64,000 bases of DNA from Oopsacas minuta (Eukaryota > Animalia > Porifera), in NCBI GenBank assembly GCA_024704765.1, contig JAKMXF010000266.1:186001-250000 (forward strand), given 5' to 3'. Position 1 is the stretch's first letter, and every line of letters starts with the position of its first letter. Both the position numbers and the translations under genes were made by a program. The notes beneath the pieces are model-generated. The model saw only the letters and a list, made by a program, of their open reading frames with translations. It was not told where the DNA came from and ran no database searches. Shown one piece after another: positions 57,693-64,000 of the stretch.

Positions 57693-59950
57693 GTTTTCTA
57701 ATGTTCATTCAATGCATTCGCCTCCAGCCTCATTATGCGAACCTTGATGCATGATGGCTGCCAGTAACCATTTGACTGTTTTAGCACCTTGATTACACAC
57801 TATATACAATTATAATATCCAATTACACTATACAGTAAAACTCAGATAAAACATATCCCTTCAGGGGATCAAAAATTAATACGTACTATCTGAGTGTACG
57901 TCTTATCTTAATATGGACTGTATTAAGTGAAGTATATGTTAACCGAGTGTACGGCCTATCCGAGCTTTACTTTATAAATATTTCTCAGTAACGATACTTG
58001 TTATTCATCATCACCTGTTCAGCAGTTTTATTAATAGGACTATCAATCTGACGTCTCATACCCAAATAGGTCACATTTCCTATGCTCATCCATCGTAACT
58101 AACAAGCAAAAACATGCCTTAATTTACATCATGAGCATCTAAACATATATCGTTTTACAGTGTCCCGGATAACGATCACGTTATGTCTGCAATCCATTTT
58201 CCAAAGTATCTGAGCTACAAATTGTAAGTTGATGTATAACGATAGGGTGCTATAGTTCTCTTCTCCTTAAACCTACATAATATGGGTCTGTCCAATTAGT
58301 TAAATTCTCTATAATAAAGATGTAAAATAGGTTACAGGTTAGCTTTATAACAATTAATTCTGATAATTGAAATTTATACTGGGTATTGTACCTAGTAATT
58401 ATATCAATAATCAATGTTAATATAGATGACCCATATATGGAGATTTTTTGTTACGAATAATTTACTTTTAGTTAGATTATTCTTAAAACACAGCATTTCT
58501 ACAGTATACAGAATTTACATTCACAGAGAAGACCTTTACAAAATTATGTAAATAATATACACGAATTTATCTATTTATCTTTTCATTTTCAGTTCAAAGT
58601 TTCAGCTTATTTTTAATGACAGTTTTCAATTATTGTTATATACGTTAATGAATCTTCAATATTATATATCTAATATGTGGTTTGTGAACATATAGTGATA
58701 TTTTTTACAATTCATCAAGTGGTAAACCATACCATAGACTATGTTCAATACTTAAACTATTTGCAAAGATATAAGGTTAATTTGAAATTTGTTTGCATCT
58801 GCTTATCAGGTAAAACCCAACAGGTTTAGTATTACATTAGTGGTGATTTTCTTGTAATAAATAGGAGATAGTAAGTGTTGTGTACGTCCACGAAATTCCT
58901 GAATAGTAAGTTTATGGTTTAACCCTATTTCGAAATGGTCCAGGCGGAGTACAATACATTTTCAAATAATATAGGCTCAATAAGTCAATGTTCTATCTAT
59001 TAACCGCACTTAAATCTGGCCTTAAATGACATCATTCGGCTGTACCACCCTTTGAAGGGGGTATGTCGTCAATACGTATCTATTAGTTCCTTTAGGTATC
59101 ACCTCATCAAATTACCTTATTTAATTTGTTATATCTTGAAATATTGCATCTCTAGCAAGGAGAGAATTATTCTCGTATGCATTCGAACAAATCAGCATGA
59201 ATTTAATTGGGATGTATGACGAAGCATCTTCGAAATTCTACTTGTGCTTACTTATGAATTAACTAGGGTTGTATTATCAGGATTGATAGGTCCATGATGC
59301 TGAGGTTTCAGAGATAGCAAAAATCTAACAAGCAGTGAGGCTAGTAAGACCTAGGGGCCTTATGTGTTTGTCATGCACATGTATATAATACCTGTATAGC
59401 AATTAGCCATTCCGAATTTGATTACATGTAATTGTAACCGGTCTCACATTTCAGTACACAATTATTTATTATCATTATTGCCAGTATTCGATTTGGTTAA
59501 TTTGGCTATATCATTTATTTCTGAATAAACGCTCTGACCCTTGTATTATTTTCCTTGTAAACTAATCTTTCCAGCCCCTATTCTGTGAAAAACTGTAGTT
59601 CTCTTAGGGACAGATCTCTAATTCGTAATTTGAAAACAACTAAGGCAATTTTCAGTGTCGATTAATTTCCTCTATCTAGCTGTATATACCGAAATTCATT
59701 ATTTTCTATTTTGAACCTTAAAAAGAAATTCAGATTTGATCATCTTATTGATGTTTATAGCTTTGCAATCGTTGATCTTTGAAATTTATAAAATACATCC
59801 CTGTAATATTATTACTGCGCACCCAAACGTTAATTATTAATACCACACTGGCAAACTATATAAACTCCTAGATATATCCTTTCTTAAATTTTAATTTTTG
59901 GTATCCTCTGGATAAATATCTCTCGAATATTTTACCCTATTCCACTGATA

Positions 59951-60349
59951 ATGGCAATGGAGCCCTGGGATATGCGAGTGAGCATTGAGAAATGCAGATC
60001 CGCGAAAGAAATACTGAAAGTTGGTTTCTTAGAAATGAAATGCAGTTCATTTTTGGACATTATCGATGAAGAAAAGTTGGTTAAGATCTCAGGGTGTTAT
60101 CTCAATCAGCTGATGGAAAATGATCATTTTAGCTATTTTGAAAGAAAAAATATTCGGGAATTGAGAAGAATCAATGTAAATCGCGGTACTGCGAAAAAGT
60201 CAGGCTTGAAGAAGAAAAATGCTTATAAATTTCTCGAAGATGAAATAACTGAGTTACAAAAAGTACGAAGAAACCTAAGAATCGAAAAGATTGAACTACA
60301 AAGAGAAATAAACGAGATGAGTGTTGGTTTAATTAGTGGACATTTGTAG
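59951..60349 (+). CDS. Divergent Maf/CNC-like bZIP protein (paralog 2), basic-region Arg replaced by Gly
   Basis: DEEKLVKISGCYLNQLM, ERKNIRELRRINVNRGTAKKSG, and zipper LEDEITELQKVRRNLRIEKIEL. Confidence 0.72.
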   Translation: MAMEPWDMRVSIEKCRSAKEILKVGFLEMKCSSFLDIIDEEKLVKISGCYLNQLMENDHFSYFERKNIRELRRINVNRGTAKKSGLKKKNAYKFLEDEITELQKVRRNLRIEKIELQREINEMSVGLISGHL

Positions 60350-62154
60350 GGAAAATAATATTGAAATTATCCCCTCGTATAACCACTTGTCCTGTAAAAG
60401 AATTTAGTTCTACAATCTTGTGAATAAACTGTATGTTACCATTATATCCCATTATCATGAAACCTCAAAATCTAATATCAGCGAAAATTGCTTAAGCTTT
60501 ACTTATATGAACATTCATGGTTTTATCCGGGTATAGCAGATATGCCAACTCTCACCGATTTGTCTAACACAAATTTTAACCATGCTCATACGAGAGAGAA
60601 TCACACATATTATGTTTTTGTATTTACCAAAAATATTTTACCATCTTATGATCACAATAGATATTAGCACCTTGATTGTAAGTTCTATTTTCCAGTTAAT
60701 ATTCTGATTATCCTACAATATTATATAAGACATATTTGAATAGAAACACATATTTCTGATAATAAATTATTGAAAACGTACTAAGACCCAGGTTTAATTA
60801 TCTATAATTTCACAACCATAGACAATGTATTTGCCAGATTAGATTTGTTATTCAGTGATTATTTTGTCATCTGCATACAAGCCACATGGTTTTGCGCTAA
60901 TGTAATACAACAGCCTTGTTTGTTATAGAGTAATCAGTAATTCCATGAAAATATCACTAATATATTTGATTGATAAGAAATATTCCAACGATTCAATTAA
61001 ATGATATATTGATATATTGATAATTATATGATAAACAATGAATGATTAAAATAGTGTTTAATAACTTTACCGTAGCCTTTTCACATATTTAACATAAGGA
61101 AGTTACAGTACCAATTGATATTGCTACATAATGTTATTGTAAAAAATGTTTGAAACCGAATTATATTAAACCAAATGGATGGTTCAATTCCAATAATCAT
61201 CCTTCATGGTTGATAAATTCATATTAATATGATTTTAATTTTTATAATACACAACACGAATTCACCTTTATTATTATTTACCTTATACGTATATGCTCCT
61301 GTTTGTATACATGACTAATCAAGCTATAATCACTTTTAATTATAAATTCCTAAAATAGCCAGCTAAGTACTACTGAAATATTTACTAGAAATGGTCTCTT
61401 GTTTTGACCTTGGAATTGTGCACAAATTCTTGATTTTAAGCAGATCTTTGGGTGTAAAGTGGAGTTCGTCTATTAGCAATCGTACACATGTACGAATTTT
61501 CCTTTGTAATTCTCGAATTCACTAGATTCTGACTGGTTCTGGCCGGTTCTTAGTTGCACTCTGGAATGACGCCACTATTTCAATCCTGATCTCCAACTAT
61601 ATTAATATGAAAAGTATACGTATATACTCCGCCAGGTGATCGATTTGTCCCCCTGTGGTCAAAAATCGGGCAAAGTTATTTTTTCTATTCGCTGTGTCAA
61701 AATATATACTTTGACTGGCCTAGACCTGTCCCTAGAAAATGTTTTAATTAAGCAAGTCTCTTTATCAGTACATAAGCAACCGTCTGGAATATATGCACTT
61801 GAAAGGAATTTTTCCTGTAAGAGGGACCCGACAGAAATATTTTAAAGTGAGCGTATTTCCACAAAGCACTCCATTGACTAGTTAGAGCCCTTTAAAACAA
61901 TTTGGAAACTACTGTGAGAGGGATTACCCTCACCAATACTCTGGAAAAATTCTATCAATTATTCCTAGCCTCAATTTTTTCATTGGGGTCGCAATATTCA
62001 TGAAGAAGAACAATAATAATTGCCAAAAAATTTATTATATAAAATGCTTGAATTGTTTTCAAAATATTCAATAATCTAAAGTGTATAATTCATGTACGAT
62101 TTGCTAGTAAGCCGCTGCATATTCTCAGATTTGTGAGGCGATTTGAGCTGAGAC

Positions 62155-62550
62155 TTACTCCGGATTAATTAATTTAGTAGCGATGTCATTAATTTCTTTG
62201 TGTAAAACGTGCTTTTCTGCCCTCAATTTTTGCCGAATTTTCATCAAATCATCGAGCTCATATTCGAGTGCATTCATTTCTGTCTTCATTCTGATACGAG
62301 ATTCCTTGGCTGAGATGCGGTTTATGAATTTCCTCCTTTCTCTACGAATGAAATTTCTCTCTTCAACTGAGAAGCATTCATTCTCGAGCATTTTATTCAG
62401 TGTTGTCGCTTTTGTATTTATCAATTTATCAATGTCGACCAGGTCGAAGAAAATCTCTGTGTCCAGGTTATTCGAGCCGTTCTTGAGGATTGTTTTAGCT
62501 TTCTTGCATTTTTCATCCATATTTTTTGGTGAAATATCAATATAATCCAC
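62155..62550 (-). CDS. Divergent Maf/CNC-like bZIP protein (paralog 3)
   Basis: DIDKLINTKATTLNKML, ERNFIRRERRKFINRISAKESR, and zipper LEYELDDLMKIRQKLRAEKHVL. Confidence 0.75.
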   Translation of the reverse strand: MDYIDISPKNMDEKCKKAKTILKNGSNNLDTEIFFDLVDIDKLINTKATTLNKMLENECFSVEERNFIRRERRKFINRISAKESRIRMKTEMNALEYELDDLMKIRQKLRAEKHVLHKEINDIATKLINPE

Positions 62551-63260
62551 TAATCAGTTCAAATTGTTTTTATATCTTGTCTAGTAGAGTAACTAACCAA
62601 TCTCATGTATAGGCAGCTCGAACTAAATGTTATATTTTCATTTCCTATACTTTTATACAAGTTGTTTGTTCAGCGAACCCCACAAGACAATATTTTGCAT
62701 ACATAATTAAACTAATTCAGTTTTACTGTTTACTTTATTTCTTAAGTCCGTCATCGGTTGTTTCATAAAACATTTGATGTAGAAATTGGAACATAGTGCG
62801 TATTATTTGTGTCACAGTTTGATTACTATTTACTCAAAAAGAATAATATTTTCACTAGCTGTACATAATTAATATATGAAATATTTTCCTTTCGGTTGCG
62901 AGATCTCACTAAGGTGATTTCCTATCATCCAAGTTTTGTTTTATTTCCACGTCATGACTCAAGGTTTTGTCAATATCAAATTTCTAAATCTCTCTGTTGG
63001 TCAATGATTATATAGAACTCCAAAATGTTTATTTAAGCTCTCGGGACATGGCCCTAGGAGATAGTTCGGTTGGTCAGTTTAAATCTTACCAACATTTAGA
63101 CTGCTAATAGAATTAGCATTAGTCAACCAGGCTAACTTTGTTTTGTAATTTTATATATTTTACCCGGCTCTATACAAGTAATTTTTATTTTACCATACGA
63201 ACAGTATATAACATTAGTGATAAATGGGAGTTTGATTCTTTAACTAAATTCTGTCTCACA

Positions 63261-64000
63261 ATGCACTATCCAGATAAGATGCAGTTTCTATTGAATACTA
63301 ATTTGCAAAAACGTTCATTGGTTGTTCTCATATTATTCACTATGTTTGGGACCATTTTATTGAATTTTGATTTTGTCCGGGATTACAATTACTATTACAA
63401 CCTAACCAAATTAAAGTACAATGGAGAAATAGAAGAGATTGATAGCTTTTCAGAATACAGTAAGAATTGGGATGGAGAGATTCTTATTATCAACAATCCT
63501 AAACAGAAAGCAATTAATTTTACAGACGAATATCGCTGGAAAATGATATCAAAAGGTCTGCATCCACTCAACATAGAACATGAACGTTTGCACGATAGAC
63601 ATGATAGAATAGAGAAATATTGTAGCACATTCAAATCTCAAAGTAATGGACTATACCGATTTAATGGATACTATTCTATGCTATTCAATGACAGATTCCA
63701 GTTGCTGCAGTGTGTTATACAGAAAGTTAGCTCTTCTACCTGGGTCAGCATATTCTTAGAATTGGGAGGATTTGATAGCCAATATTTACCGGAATCACAT
63801 CCAATATGGCAAAAAATATCACTTGTGAATAATCTGGCGGATTCTAGACTACTAGCACAGAGATTCCAGACATACACCAAGTTTCTGTTAACAAGACATC
63901 CATTCGAGAGATTATTGTCTGCTTACAAAGACAAGTTCATTCTACATAGTTATGGAGATCAATTCGCATACGATATCATAGTTAAAAATTATCTATCCAA
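63261..64000 (+). CDS. Golgi carbohydrate sulfotransferase (Sulfotransfer_2 / CHST8-14 family), 3'-truncated by the window edge
   Basis: Open frame from ATG 63261 to the window end (absent from the ORF track because it has no stop). Type II anchor SLVVLILFTMFGTILL, 5'-PSB-like LLQCVIQKVSSSTW and 3'-PB KFLLTRHPFERLLSAYKDKF. Confidence 0.85.
   Translation, partial: MHYPDKMQFLLNTNLQKRSLVVLILFTMFGTILLNFDFVRDYNYYYNLTKLKYNGEIEEIDSFSEYSKNWDGEILIINNPKQKAINFTDEYRWKMISKGLHPLNIEHERLHDRHDRIEKYCSTFKSQSNGLYRFNGYYSMLFNDRFQLLQCVIQKVSSSTWVSIFLELGGFDSQYLPESHPIWQKISLVNNLADSRLLAQRFQTYTKFLLTRHPFERLLSAYKDKFILHSYGDQFAYDIIVKNYLS

Overview
AT-rich eukaryotic (animal) genomic DNA with compact, intron-poor genes and GT-AG introns, most of them 57-250 nt. 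The gene content (NHL-repeat genes, tandem very large GTPases, an 11.4-kb single exon) is consistent with an early-branching metazoan such as a glass sponge; this is an inference. In order: a secreted ComEC-like metallo-beta-lactamase-fold gene (-), ANKFN1/wide-awake, about 4 kb of AT-rich spacer with possible decayed coding remnants, a DNMT3-family gene that has lost its catalytic residues, an NHL protein, VPS13D, an SLC1/EAAT transporter, two tandem PIPOX genes, a second NHL protein, an RmlC-RmlD (rhamnose pathway) fusion ending in SKL, CFAP97, and a duplicated [very large GTPase + homocysteine S-methyltransferase] block whose first HMT copy is a pseudogene and whose second carries four 35-aa basic/acidic repeats. 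These are followed by a fold-back element, a short MRPS24-like ORF, a KLHL8 gene with a calmodulin-like gene nested in intron 2 and no 3' exons found in the window, ATXN10, three divergent Maf/CNC-like bZIP genes, and a sulfotransferase running off the end. The best leads are the DNMT3 pseudo-enzyme, the PTS1-bearing RmlC-RmlD fusion, the NLS-repeat HMT, the mosaic PIPOX pair and the nested-gene architecture of KLHL8. No rRNA, tRNA or CRISPR array was recognised.
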